Source of the DNA: Nitrospirota bacterium
Lineage (GTDB): Bacteria > Nitrospirota > UBA9217
DNA length: 64,000 bases
Direction: 5' to 3'
Assembly: GCA_963741205.1 (NCBI GenBank)
Contig: CAVUHW010000014.1
Span: forward strand, 34,670 to 98,669
A model generated the notes under the pieces. The model saw nothing but the letters and a program-made list of their open reading frames with translations, searched no databases and was not told the origin of the DNA. Of the stretch, positions 20,411-32,580 are shown piece by piece. How positions within the stretch are numbered: the first letter of the stretch is position 1; each line of letters opens with the position of its first letter. Position numbers and translations under genes: made by a program.

Positions 20411-20442
20411 GTCAGTATTTAATTGCCATCACGACAGGATCC

Positions 20443-20582
20443 GTCATTCCCGCCCCGCTTCAATCATGCTGAGGCAGGCTCCAGCGGGAATCCAGCCTGC
20501 ACTCAGCGTTTACGAGTGCGGCAGCGCGATGCGAGTGTGGCTCAGAGTCTCTGGATTCCCGATAGAAGCATTCGGGAATGAC
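20443..20582. repeat. Palindromic repeat family A
   Basis: gtcattcccg...gcgggaatccag...ctggattcccgatagaagcattcgggaatgac. Confidence 0.8.
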
Positions 20583-20597
20583 GGTTAGCAGGTTTTC

Positions 20598-21871
20598 ATG
20601 GAACAGACCGCTCACAAAAAACATCCGTCCCGGCCAGGAGCCCCTCTCTCTGAAGGACTACGAGAAGGCCGGCGGCTACCAGGCCGTGCGCAAGGCGCTC
20701 GCGATGACGCCGCAGGACGTGCAGAACATCGTGAAGGCATCGAACCTGCGCGGCCGCGGCGGCGCGGGCTTCCCCACCGGCGCCAAGTGGAGCTTCGTGC
20801 CGATGGGCCCGGACGCGCGGCGTCCCAAGTACTTTGTCGTGAACGCCGACGAGATGGAGCCCGGCACCTTCAAGGACCGGCTGCTGCTCGAAGGCGACCC
20901 GCACCAGATCATCGAAGGGGTGATCGCGAGCGCCTATGCCATCGAGGCGGAGCAGGCCTTCATCTTCCTCCGGTGGGCGTACAAGCTCTGCGGTCAAGCG
21001 TCTGGAACAGGCGATCGCCGAAGCCTACGAGAACGGGTATCTCGGCAAGAACATCCTCGGCTCCGGCTACAACCTGGAGCTGCGCCTCCACGGCAGCGCC
21101 GGCCGCTACATCTGCGGCGAGGAGACCGCCCTCCTGAACGCGCTCGAAGGCAAGCGCGCCACCCCGCGCGCGAAGCCGCCCTTCCCCCAGGTCTGCGGAC
21201 TCTTCGGCAAACCCACGATCGTGAACAACGTCGAGACCGTCGCGAACATACCGCACATCGTGAACAACGGCGCCGACTGGTTCAAGGGCCTGAGCAAGAG
21301 CGCGGACAGCGGCACCAAGCTCTACGGCGTGAGCGGCCGGGTCAAGAAACCGGGCATCTGGGAACTGCCCATGGGCGTGACGATCCGGGAGCTGCTCGAG
21401 GAACACGCGGGCGGAATGCAGGACGGCTACCAGTTCCGCGGCGTCATCCCCGGCGGCGCGTCAACGGACTTTCTCGTTTCCGACCATCTCGACGTGACGA
21501 TGGACTTCGACTCGGTCATGAAGGCCGGGAGCCGGCTCGGCACCGGGACGATGATCGTGCTCGACGACAGGACCTGCCCGGTCGGCTTCGTGCATAACCT
21601 GATCAAGTTCTTCGCCCGGGAGTCCTGCGGCTGGTGCACGCCCTGCCGCGACGGCCTGCCGTGGCTGGCAAAGATCCTCCGCGCGCTCGAGAACGGCCAG
21701 GGCGAGCCCGGCGACATCGACATCCTGGCGCAGCAGTGCAGGCTCCTGGGCCCCGGCAATACGTTCTGCGCCCTCGCGCCCGGCGCGGTCGAGCCGCTCC
21801 AGAGCGCGATCAAGTACTTCCGGGAGGATTTCGAGAGGCACATTCGAGAGAAAAGGTGCCCGTGGAGATAA
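20598..21871 (+). CDS. nuoF: NADH-quinone oxidoreductase subunit F (frameshifted)
   Basis: [61 protein letters not shown]. Confidence 0.95.
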
Positions 21872-21876
21872 GCTGA

Positions 21877-24686
21877 TTGACTCACGATCTACTTGATCGA
21901 CAACAAGCCCTACCAGGTCAAGGAAGGCCAGAACCTGCTCAAGGCCTGCCTCTCCCTGGGCTTCGACCTTCCCTACTTCTGCTGGCACCCGGCCATGCAC
22001 TCCGTGGGCGCCTGCCGGCAGTGCGCGGTGAAGAGTTCAAGGACGAGAAGGACACCCGCGGCAGGATCGTCATGTCCTGCATGACGCCGGTGGCCGAGGG
22101 CCTGCGCATATCCATCGACGACCCCGAGGCACGGGCCTTCCGGGCGAGCGTGATCGAGTGGCTGATGCTGAACCATCCCCACGACTGCCCGGTCTGCGAC
22201 GAGGGCGGCGAGTGCCACCTCCAGGACATGACCGTGATGACCGGCCACAACTATCGCCGGACCCGCTTCAAGAAGCGGACGCACCGGAACCAGGACCTCG
22301 GGCCCTTCGTCAACCACGAGATGAACCGCTGCATCGCCTGCTACCGCTGCGTCCGGTTCTACCGGGACTACGCCGGCGGCCGGGACCTCGATGCATTCGC
22401 CTCGCACGACCACGTCTACTTCGGCCGCCACGAGGACGGCGCGCTCGAAAGCGAGTTCAGCGGCAACCTCGTCGAGGTCTGCCCGACCGGCGTATTCACC
22501 GACAAGACGCTCAAGCGTCACTACACGCGCAAGTGGGACCTCCAGACCGCGCCCTCGGTCTGCGTCCACTGCGGCCTCGGCTGCAACACCATTCCCGGCG
22601 AGCGGTACGGCACGCTGCGAAGGATCCTGAACCGCTACAACCGCGAGGTGAACGGCTACTTTCTCTGCGACCGCGGCCGGTTCGGCTACGAGTTCGTGAA
22701 CAGCGGCAGAAGGATCAGAAAGCCGCTGATCAAAGTACCCTCCCCAACCCCTCCCATAGAGGGAGGGGCTACGTCCGGTGGGGCTACACCCTCTCCCCTC
22801 GTGGGAGAGGGCTGGGGTGAGGGGGTACATCCTGTCTCTAAAGAAACCGCCCTCCAGCACATCAGCGACATCCTTCCGAAGAGCAAACGCGTTATCGGCA
22901 TCGGTTCTCCCCGCGCATCGCTTGAATCGAACTTTGCTCTGCGGACGCTCGTCGGCCCGGAGAACTTTTACTCGGGGATGTCGCCGCACGAACACAGGCT
23001 CGTCACGCTCATGATCGACATTCTTCAGAAAGGCCCTGCGCGCACGCCTTCCCTCCATGAGGTTGAAATGGCGGACGCGGTGCTCGTTCTCGGCGAAGAT
23101 CTTACGAACACCGCCCCCCTGCTCGACCTGGCGCTGCGCCAGGCCGTACGAAACAAGCCCAGAGAGTTGACGGAGAAAATGCGCATTCCGGCGTGGGACG
23201 ACAACGCCGTGCGCAGCGCCCTGCAGGACGACACCGGGCCTCTGTACATCGCATCGGCGATGAACACCAAGCTCGACGAAATCGCAACGAAGGCCTGGCA
23301 TGCCGCTCCGAATGATCTTGCCAGGCTCGGCTTCGCCGTTGCCCACGAATTGGACCCGCAGGCGCCGGCCGTGCCCGGTCTTCGCGATGAGTATTTCTGA
23401 GACGGGCGAAGGAAATCGCCGAGGCGCTCAAGAGCGCAAAACGGCCTCTCATCATCTCCGGCGCAAGCCTCGGCAGCGAGGCTATCATCCAGGCCGCCGC
23501 AAACATCGCGTGGTCGCTCTGCGAGGCAGGCAACCCGGCCGAGCTCTGTTTCACGGCCCCTGAATGCAACAGCATCGGCTTGGGGCTCATGGGCGGGGAA
23601 AATATGGACGAGCTGCTGACGGCCCCCTCTCCCGCGGGGATGGCAGGGCGAGGTGGACGATACCGTCATCATTCTTGAAAACGATCTTTATCGCAGAGCA
23701 GATAAAAAATCAGTCGATGATTTCCTGAACAGGGCGAAAAACGTCATCGTCATCGATCACCTGGTTCATCCGACTTCCGCCAGGGCCGACGTTGCGCTCC
23801 CGGCCGGCACCTTTGCCGAAGCCGCGGGCACGCTCGTGAACAATGAAGGCCGGGCGCAGCGCTATTACCAGGTCTTCACGCCCGATCACGATATCCAGGA
23901 AAGCTGGAAATGGATCCAGGATATTATGAAATCAGCCGGGAAGCCGGCAGTCGACAGTCGGCAGTCGCTCGATGACCTGATCAACGAAATAGCCGAAACC
24001 TTTCCTGTATTCGCCCCTATCAAGGACATCGCACCGTCCGCGGATTTCCGGATATCCGGACAGAAGGTCCCCCGCCAGCCCCACCGGTACAGCGGCAGGA
24101 CAGCCATGCTTGCGAACGTCGAGCCTGCACGAACCAAAACCGACCGACGACCCTGATTCTCCTTTGTCCTTCTCGATGGAAGGCTATGAACGCCGTCCGC
24201 CCGCGCCGCTCATCTCCCGCTACTGGTCGCCTGGGTGGAATTCCGTCCAGGCCCTGAACAAGTTCCAGCAGGAAGTCGGCGGCCCCTTACGCGGAGGCGA
24301 TCCGGGGAAGAGACTGATCGAACCCCAGAAAATGAAAGCCGTTCCATTTTACTCTGCGGTACCGGATGCCTTTAAGCCAAGAGCAGGCGAATGGCTCATC
24401 GTGCCTCTCCATCATATTTTCGGCTCCGAGGAATTGAGCATCCTTTCCCCCGGCATTGCCGAGCGCGCACCGAAACCTTATCTCGCGCTCAATCCCGACG
24501 ACGCAAAGAGGCTTCAGGTTGCGGAGGGAGACGCGGTGGAGCTGCCGATCGGATACGAAAAGTACCGGGTTGCGAGCGAAAATCGCCGCGGAAATGCCAG
24601 CGGGCATGGCCGGTTTGTACTCGAACCAATCCGGGCTGCCGGACTTTTTCTCGCCGGGATATAGTAGAATAGGAAAGACAGGATAG
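21877..24686 (+). CDS. nuoG: NADH-quinone oxidoreductase subunit G, long form (several frameshifts)
   Basis: [43 protein letters not shown]7 motif CVHCGLGC...[32 protein letters not shown]. Confidence 0.93.
22738..22825. repeat. CCCTC/GAGGG palindromic repeat (family B), in frame inside nuoG
   Basis: ccctccccaacccctccc-ataga-gggaggggctac...ccctctcccctcgtgggagagggctggggtgagggg; near-identical copy at 29335. Confidence 0.8.
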
Positions 24687-24687
24687 C

Positions 24688-25649
24688 ATGTCGGAAGCTA
24701 TGCAGACAACTCTTCGTCCTCTTCGGCGTCCTCATCGTGGTCTTGACGATCGGGGGGCTGCTGATCTGGCTCGAGCGCAGGCTCCTGGGCCTGTGGCAGG
24801 ACCGCTACGGCCCGAACCGCGTAGGGCCGTTCGGGCTCCTGCAGGTCCTCGCGGACATGATCAAGGTCTTCACCAAGGAAGACTGGATACCGCCCTTTGC
24901 GGACAAGGCAGTCTTCATCATCGCGCCCGCGGTGATCGTCGTGGTCGTCCTGATGTCCTTCACCGTCATTCCCTTTGCGCCGGGCATCGAGGTCGTGGAC
25001 CTGAACATCGGGCTCCTGTTCTTCCTCGCCATGTCGTCTCTCGGCGTGTACAGCGTCGCGCTTGCCGGCTGGGCGTCGGGCAGCAAGTACTCCCTGCTGG
25101 GCGGACTGCGCGCCTCGGCGCAGATGCTCTCCTACGAGGTCTTCATGGGACTGTCGCTCATGGGCGTGGTCATGCTCGCGGGATCGTTCAACCTCCGCGA
25201 GATCGTCGAGGCGCAGCGACACGGCTTGGTTCGTTGCGCCGCAGTTCATCGGCTTCGTGGTCTTCTTCATCGCCGGCATCGCTGAGACGCACCGCCTGCC
25301 CTTCGATCTGCCCGAGGCGGAGAGCGAGCTCGTCGCCGGCTACCATTCGGAATACTCGGGCCTCAAGTTCGGCATGTTCTTCGTGGGCGAGTATCTCGGC
25401 ATCACGCTCATCTCGGCGCTGACGGTTGCGTTGTTCTTCGGCGGTTGGCTGGGGCCGGTTCTTCCGCCGCTTGTCTGGTTCCTGATCAAGACATTCCTCT
25501 TCATCTGTTTCTTCGTGCTGCTTCGGGCATCCCTTCCCCGGCCGCGGTACGATCAGCTTATGTCGTTCGGATGGAAAGTGATGCTGCCGGTGTCCTTGGT
25601 GAATCTCGTGGTGACAGGGGCTGTGGTACTGATGAAAGGACAGGCATAG
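24688..25649 (+). CDS. nuoH: NADH-quinone oxidoreductase subunit H (frameshifted)
   Basis: [50 protein letters not shown]. Confidence 0.95.
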
Positions 25650-25719
25650 ATGGACGATTCACGTATGACGTCACACGGCGCTCATGTTCAAGATTCAGAT
25701 GCGGTGCTCTGCCGGCCTG

Positions 25720-25806
25720 CCCCGCATTGCGGGAATCGTCCGGAATCGTCTGCGTTGTCCGGTACAATCAATAAACTGGATCCCCGATAGAACCATCGGG
25801 AATGAC
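25720..25806. repeat. Palindromic repeat family A (partial)
   Basis: cccgcattgcgggaatc...ctggatccccgatagaaccatcgggaatgac. Confidence 0.7.
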
Positions 25807-25835
25807 AGCTTTTGTACGAGACCTGGAGATACGGT

Positions 25836-26352
25836 ATGCTCAGTATCCTGAAAACAATCTGGACGGTCTTCCTGACCATGTTCCGCAAGCGGGTGACGAT
25901 CCAGTACCCCGAGGAGAGGCCCTACATCCCTCCCCGGTGGCGCGGACGGATCATCCTCTCCCGTGACCCGGACGGCGAAGAACGCTGCGTTGCATGCTAC
26001 CTCTGCGCCGCGGCGTGCCCGGTGGACTGCATCTCGCTCCAGGCGACCGAGGACGAATACGGCAGGCGGTATCCCGAGTTCTTCCGGATCAACTTCTCGC
26101 GCTGCATCTTCTGCGGTTATTGCGAGGAGGCGTGCCCGACCTACGCGATCCAGCTCACGACGGATTTTGAGATGAGCGAGTACAAGAGGCAGAACCTCGT
26201 CTATGAGAAGGAAGAACTCCTCATCAGCGGACCGGGGAAATACCATGACTACAATTTCTACCGGGTCGCGGGTCTGTCCATAAAAGGAAAAGGCAAGGGC
26301 GAGGCGGAGAATGAAGAGACCGCCTGTCGATACGAAGAGCTTGATGCCGTAA
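25836..26352 (+). CDS. nuoI: NADH-quinone oxidoreductase subunit I
   Basis: [12 protein letters not shown] and [12 protein letters not shown]; true C-terminus probably PVDTKSLMP* after an indel near 26320. Confidence 0.95.
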
Positions 26353-26374
26353 ACGCAAACACTAACAGAGTTTA

Positions 26375-26454
26375 TCATCCGGGAATGCCTTTATCGGGAA
26401 TCCACTGTTCACGTATTAAAATGGATTCCCGCTCTGAAGCATGACGGGGATGAC
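26375..26454. repeat. Palindromic repeat family A
   Basis: tcatccgggaatgcctttatcgggaatcca...tggattcccgctctgaagcatgacggggatgac. Confidence 0.75.
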
Positions 26455-26467
26455 ATCCTTATAAATT

Positions 26468-26963
26468 ATGAATCTTCTTTTTTATATTTCCGCGCTCGTC
26501 GCGGTCATCTCGACCTTCCTGGTCATCACCAGGAAAAGCGCGGTCCATGCGCTCCTGTACCTGGTCGTTTCGCTCCTCGCCGTGGCCATCATCTTCTTTT
26601 CCCTGGGAGCGCCCTTCGTTGCGGCACTCGAAGTGATCATCTACGCGGGGGCCATCATGGTGCTTTTTGTATTTGTCATCATGATGCTGAACCTCGGTGC
26701 CCAGGCGGCCAAGCAGGAAGCGGAGTGGCTCCGGCCTGGGACATGGACCGGGCCGTCGTTCCTGTGCGCGGTCCTTGCGGGGGAACTTATCTATCTGTTC
26801 ACTGCCGGGCGGGAGCGCCTCTCCGCCGAGGCCGATGGTGACGCCGAAACAGGTCGGGATCGCGCTCTTCGGGCCTTATGTGATCGGCGTCGAGCTGGCG
26901 TCCATGCTGCTCTTGGCCGGACTGATCGGCGCGTACCATTTGGGCAGGCCGCATAAACATTGA
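26468..26963 (+). CDS. nuoJ: NADH-quinone oxidoreductase subunit J (frameshifted)
   Basis: VHALLYLVVSLL, LEVIIYAGAIMVLFVFVIMMLN, LFGPYVIGVELASMLLLAG. Confidence 0.93.
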
Positions 26964-27079
26964 ATATAAGTGCGATGATTTTCAGTCTTCCGTATGAATT
27001 CTGATCGGAATCCACTTTTTAGGCACTGGCCCGTAGATTCATCGGCGACGAACCATGTGATCAATACAGGAGAAGTTCG

Positions 27080-27390
27080 ATGATCGCAAACGTTCCCATG
27101 GAACACGGCCTTATGCTCGCCGCGGTCCTCTTCGCGCTCGGGCTGATCGGCGTGCTTACCGCAGGAATCTGGTGTACATGCTCATGAGCGTTGAGATCAT
27201 GCTGAACGCCGCAGGGCTGGCCTTTATTGTCGCCGGTGCCCGCTGGGGGCAGGTTGACGGCCAGGTCATGTTCATCTTTATCCTGACCATGGCGGCTGCT
27301 GAAGTTTCCGTGGGCCTTGCACTCGTGCTCCAGATGCATCACAGCTTCAAGACGCTGGACGCGGACGCTGCGAGCAAAATGAAAGGATAG
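27080..27390 (+). CDS. nuoK: NADH-quinone oxidoreductase subunit K (frameshifted)
   Basis: [50 protein letters not shown]. Confidence 0.93.
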
Positions 27391-27415
27391 CTGTTTTCGC
27401 TCCGAACTCTGAACC

Positions 27416-29312
27416 ATGAACGACTTACTCTTTTTAATACCCTCCCTGCCCTTCGCCGGGTTCCTTGTCCTGGCATTGCTGGGAGGGCGTCTTTCGAAGA
27501 CCACCTCCGCCCTCGTCGGCGCCGGTTCCGTGGGCTTGTCCGCGCTTCTCGCCATTCTCATGACGATCGCGTTCATCAGCGACCCGCCGGACGGGAATGC
27601 CCTCAACCAGACGCTCTGGACCTGGATGCAGTTCGACGGCTATGCACCGGCGGTCTCATTCACGCTCGACCCTCTGTCGCTGGTCATGGTCCTCGTCATC
27701 ACGATCGTGGGATTTCTGATCCATCTCTATTCCGCCGAGTTCATGTTCGAGGAAGAAGGCTACAGCCGCTTCTTTGCCTATATGAACCTTTTCGTGGGCT
27801 GCCATGCTTACGCTCGTGCTCGCCGACAACCTCGTGCTGCTCTACCTCGGATGGGAAGGCGTGGGGCTCTGCAGTTATCTCCTGATCGGCTTCTGGTACT
27901 CCGATCCCGCAAACGGCAGGGCCGCGCGCAAGGCCTTCATCGTGACCCGCATCGGCGACACGGCAATGGCACTCGGCCTTTTTCTTCTGTTTACCAACCT
28001 GGGCACGCTCAATATCCGTGAGCTGATGCAGGCCGCGCAAGTAGCGTGGCCCTCAGGTTCCGACACGGCCGTCCTTGCGGCGGCGCTCCTCCTGGGAGGC
28101 GCTCTCGGCAAATCCGCGCAGTTACCGCTCCAAACGTGGCTGCCCGACGCCATGGCGGGCCCCACGCCGGTGAGCGCCCTTATCCATGCGGCGACAATGG
28201 TCACCGCCGGCGTGTATTTGATCGCACGCACCCACGCGCTCTTTGAGCTGGCGCCCGCTGTCCAGTCCGCCGTTGCCGTGATCGGCGCGGTTACCCTCCT
28301 CATGGCCGGCTCCAGCGCCCTGGTCCAGCGTGATATCAAGCGCGTCCTTGCCTATTCCACGATCAGCCAGATCGGATACATGTTCCTCGCGCTGGGCGTC
28401 GGCGCCTGGTCAGCGGCCATGTTCCATTTCATGACCCATGCGTTCTTCAAGGCGCTCCTGTTCCTCGGCGCGGGTGTGGTGATCCTGGCCCAGCACCATG
28501 AGCACGACATGTTCAAGATGGGCGGTCTGAAGGACAAACTTCCGTCCACGTACTGGACGTTCCTGATCGGCGCCGCTTCCCTGGCTGCGTTGCCGCTCGT
28601 AACCGCGGGCTTTTACAGCAAGGACCTGATCCTGTGGCAGGCATGGACCTCGCCGTCCGGGGGCACCGTCCTGTGGCTGGCCGGTCTCGTCGGGGCATTC
28701 ATCACATCGATCTACACATTCCGCATGGTGTTTGTGACCTTCTTCGGCAAAGCGAACAGGGAAGTGAGTTACAAGCCGGGATCCAGGATGATCATCCCGC
28801 TCGTAATCCTCGCCGTCCTCTCGCTTGTCGGCGGTTTCGTGGAACTGCCCGAAACGCTGGGCAATCAGCCCCTGTTCTCCAATTTCATGCGGCCTGTGTT
28901 CGGCGAGCAGGCCTCAGGGCATGCCGGTACAAGCACCGAGCTCATGTTCCAGATGATCGCCTCAGTCGTGTCATTCGCGGGCATCTTCGTGGCGTACCTG
29001 CTCTACCTCCGGACGCCCCGGTACGCGGAGGACATGTCAGGGGTTTGGATTTTCGAATCGATCCGGAAATTCTGGTTTCAGGGATGGGACTTCGACGCGC
29101 TTTATGACCGCCTTTTCGTCCGGCCTTTTCTCTGGATCGCGAAGATCAATAAGGCTGACGTGATCGATTCAGGTTATACGGGAATAGCATACCTGAATCG
29201 AGCGGTCCACGGCGTCTTGAGCAAAACGCAGACCGGAAACATTCGCTGGTATGCAATGGGGCTTGCAGCAGGGGCGGTGGTATTTTTGGGGATAATAGTG
29301 ATGCTTCATTAG
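27416..29312 (+). CDS. nuoL: NADH-quinone oxidoreductase subunit L (frameshift near 27800)
   Basis: LGWEGVGLCSYLLIGFW, GKSAQLPLQTWLPDAMAGPTPVSALIHAATMV, HAFFKALLFL. Confidence 0.95.
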
Positions 29313-29334
29313 AATCAAGACACGTACCGTACTG

Positions 29335-29373
29335 CCCCTCCCCAACCCCTCCCGTTAAGGGAGGGGCTACACC
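29335..29373. repeat. Palindromic repeat family B, intergenic copy
   Basis: cccctccccaacccctccc-gttaa-gggaggggctacacc. Confidence 0.8.
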
Positions 29374-29391
29374 AAGGAAAACCGGACACCT

Positions 29392-30993
29392 ATGATTCTC
29401 GCATGGCTCATCATCATCTTACTGGCTGGCGGGCTGGCAGCCTGGCTCGCGGATCGTCAGGACAGTTCCGCGGCGCGGTGGATATCGCTTTCTGCGCTCG
29501 CGTTTGACTGCGTTCTCCTTGCCTTCCTGTGGTCGGACTCCACAACGCGGGTCGCGCTCGATCGCGGGACCTGGCTTGTCGAACTGAACAAGCCATGGAT
29601 ACCCCAGTTGGGGGTCGGTTTCCACCTCGCCCTGGACGGGCTGAGCCTGCTGCTCGTTGCGCTCACGCTATTCCTCGGCATCATCTCCGTGGTCTGCTCC
29701 TGGACCGAGGTCCGCGAGCGCGTCGGGTTCTTTCACCTGAACCTCCTCTGGATCCTGGCCGGCATCCTCGGCGTGTTCCTTGCTCTCGACCTGTTCCTGT
29801 TCTATTTCTTCTGGGAGCTGATGCTCGTGCCTATGTATTTCCTGATCAACATCTGGGGCCACGAGAACCGCGTGTACGCGTCGCTCAAGTTTTTCATCTT
29901 TACGCAGGCAGGCGGCCTCTTCATGCTGCTTTCAATTCTTGCGCTTTACTTCATCCACGGCAGGGGCACCGGCCAATACACCTTTGACTACAGCCTGCTC
30001 CTCGGCACACCTCTCTCTCAGGCGGCCGCATTCTGGATCATGGCAGGGTTCCTCCTAGCCTTCCTCGTCAAACTGCCGGCCTTCCCGTTCCATCCCTGGC
30101 TGCCTGACGCCCACACCGAGGCCCCCACGGCCGGGAGCGTGATCCTTGCAGGACTACTCTTAAAAACCGGGGCATATGGGATACTGCGCTTCGTCCTGCC
30201 GCTTTTCCCCGGCGCCGCCGCTCAGGTCGCGCCCGCCATGCTGGTCCTGTCCGTCATCGGCATCATCTACGGCGCGGTCCTTGCATTCGGCCAGACCGAT
30301 CTCAAGCGCCTGGTCGCCTACACGAGCGTCAGCCACATGGGCTTCGTGTCCCTGGGCATCTTTGCGGGCAGCGCCACTGCGCTCTCGGGCGCCGTCATGC
30401 AGATCCTGGCGCACGGCGTCAGCACCGGCGCGCTCTTCATCATCGTCGGCATGATCCAGGAGCGCATCCACACCCGCGAGATGGACCGGATGGGCGGTTT
30501 CTGGACCCTGGCTCCGCGCCTCTCCGGTGTTGGCCTGGTCTTTGCCCTGGCCTCGTTGGGACTCCCCGGCTTCGGCAATTTTGTCGCCGAGTTCCTGGTA
30601 CTCCTCGGTTCGTTCCGCGCACACGGCCTGGTAACGGTCATCGCCGCCACAGGGCTTGTATTGTCCGCTGTCTACTCGCTCTGGATCGTCCAGCGCGCAT
30701 TCCACGGAGAAGTAAAAGACGGCGTGAAGCTCCGTGACCTGACGGCGCGCGAGACCGGCGTGATGGCGATCATGATCGTCTCAATACTCTGGCTTGGAAT
30801 TTTTCCTCGGCCGGTGCTGAACACCGTGGAACCCGTGTTGTCTGCTATTCAAGACGAAGAGCACCCGCCTTTAAGTGGGAGGGGGCCGGGCAAAGGGGGA
30901 ATCTTTCATCCGTCATTCCCGAATGCCTTAAGCGGGAATCCAGTCATGACAGACAATAGAATGTGGATTCCCGATAGGAACGTTCGGAAATGA
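29392..30993 (+). CDS. nuoM: NADH-quinone oxidoreductase subunit M
   Basis: FYFFWELMLVPMYFLI, PFHPWLPDAHTEAPTAGS, LKTGAYG, ASLGLPGFGNFVAE; C-terminal tail overlaps repeats. Confidence 0.95.
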   Translation: MILAWLIIILLAGGLAAWLADRQDSSAARWISLSALAFDCVLLAFLWSDSTTRVALDRGTWLVELNKPWIPQLGVGFHLALDGLSLLLVALTLFLGIISVVCSWTEVRERVGFFHLNLLWILAGILGVFLALDLFLFYFFWELMLVPMYFLINIWGHENRVYASLKFFIFTQAGGLFMLLSILALYFIHGRGTGQYTFDYSLLLGTPLSQAAAFWIMAGFLLAFLVKLPAFPFHPWLPDAHTEAPTAGSVILAGLLLKTGAYGILRFVLPLFPGAAAQVAPAMLVLSVIGIIYGAVLAFGQTDLKRLVAYTSVSHMGFVSLGIFAGSATALSGAVMQILAHGVSTGALFIIVGMIQERIHTREMDRMGGFWTLAPRLSGVGLVFALASLGLPGFGNFVAEFLVLLGSFRAHGLVTVIAATGLVLSAVYSLWIVQRAFHGEVKDGVKLRDLTARETGVMAIMIVSILWLGIFPRPVLNTVEPVLSAIQDEEHPPLSGRGPGKGGIFHPSFPNALSGNPVMTDNRMWIPDRNVRK

Positions 30994-30994
30994 C
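30912..30994. repeat. Palindromic repeat family A overlapping the nuoM 3' end
   Basis: gtcattcccgaatgccttaagcgggaatccag...tggattcccgataggaacgttcggaaatgac. Confidence 0.8.
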
Positions 30995-31015
30995 TGGCTT
31001 TACTTAAAGGAAACC

Positions 31016-32450
31016 ATGACGATAACCGATATCATAGCGCTCCTTCCCTTCATCGCCCTGGCAACCGCGTCCGTCGTGGTAATGCTGGTGATCGCGTTTT
31101 ACCGCAATCACAAGCTCACAACGGTCCTTACGCTGGCTGGATTTGCACTTTCGGCCGCAAGTCTTCCCTTCGCCGACTCTGTGGTTCCCCGGGAAGTCAC
31201 GACGCTGCTCATCATCGACCGCTATGCGCTTTATTACGCGATGTTGATCCTGACGGCGGGCATGGCCGTCACCGCCTTATCGTATGGATACCTTGAGCGT
31301 CATGACGGGCACCATGAAGAGTTCTATCTCCTCCTGCTTCTGGCTTCGCTCGGATGCATGGTGCTCGCGGCGGCGACGCATTTCGCCGCGTTCTTCCTCG
31401 GCATCGAGATCTTGAGCGTGTCGCTGTATGCCCTGGCCGGCTATCTCCGGCACAGCGACCGCAGCGTTGAAGCAGGCGTCAAATATCTCATACTGGCCGC
31501 CGTGTCATCTGCATTCATTCTCTTCGGCATGGCGCTGGTCTATGCCGAAACCGGGAGCCTCGCTTTTCAAGAGGTCGCCTCGCGCGCTGCATCCTCCGCC
31601 GTCTACGGTCCGCCGTTTTTAGCCGGGCTCGTGATGATCATCGTGGGGCTCGGATTCAAGCTTGCCGTCGTTCCTTTCCACCTGTGGACGCCCGACGTCT
31701 ATGAGGGGGCGCCCGCGCCGGTCACGGCCTTCATCGCCACCGTGTCGAAGGGCGCAGTGTTCGCCCTTGCACTGCGTTACTTCACCAGGATCGATATCCA
31801 CGCGCACGCAGCGCTTTTTTTGATCATCACGCTCATTGCCGTCGCCTCCATGTTCGCAGGTAACCTCCTCGCTTTGCTGCAGACAAACGTGAAACGCATC
31901 CTGGCTTATTCATCGATATCCCATCTGGGATATCTGCTCGTGACGGTGCTTGCAAGCGGACCGACTGCCGTTACCGCGGCGGCATTCTATCTCGCCGCTT
32001 ATTTCATCACAACCCTCGGCGCCTTCGGCGTCGTGGCCGTGCTGTCCCGGGCCGATCGGGACGCGGACCGTACTGGAGGACTACCAGGGCCTCGTCTGGA
32101 GGCGGCCGTGGCTCGCCGGGGTCTTTACCGCAATGCTTTTTTCGCTCGCGGGTATCCCGCTGACCGCAGGGTTCGTGGGGAAATTTTACGTTGTGGCCGC
32201 CGGCGTGGGCTCGGCTCTCTGGCTTGCCGTGATCGCCCTCGCGATCAACAGCGTCATCGGGCTGTTTTATTATCTGCGAATCGTCGTGGCGCTCTTTACT
32301 GCCGCCGGGGACGTCCCGCGTCCGGTCGAGGAACTCTCGCGGAGCGGCAGCGCCGTTCTCGCGCTACTCACCCTGCTGCTTGTCTGGCTCGGTGTATACC
32401 CGGGCCCGATGATCGAAATCATCAAGACGACGATTCAAAGTCTGATATAG
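31016..32450 (+). CDS. nuoN: NADH-quinone oxidoreductase subunit N (frameshift near 32070)
   Basis: EAGVKYLIL, FKLAVVPFHLWTPDVYEGAPAPV, KRILAYSSISHLGY, SLAGIPLTAGFVGKF. Confidence 0.95.
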
Positions 32451-32580
32451 TTAAGAGCATCGTAACTGCTGGGTGCGAGTTATGAGCTGGAGTCGTTACC
32501 GCGGTTTACAACTCGCAACGTGACAACCCGATCGCAACTCGCGCCAATCTCATATAGTCGCAAATTCACGGAGGTGAATC

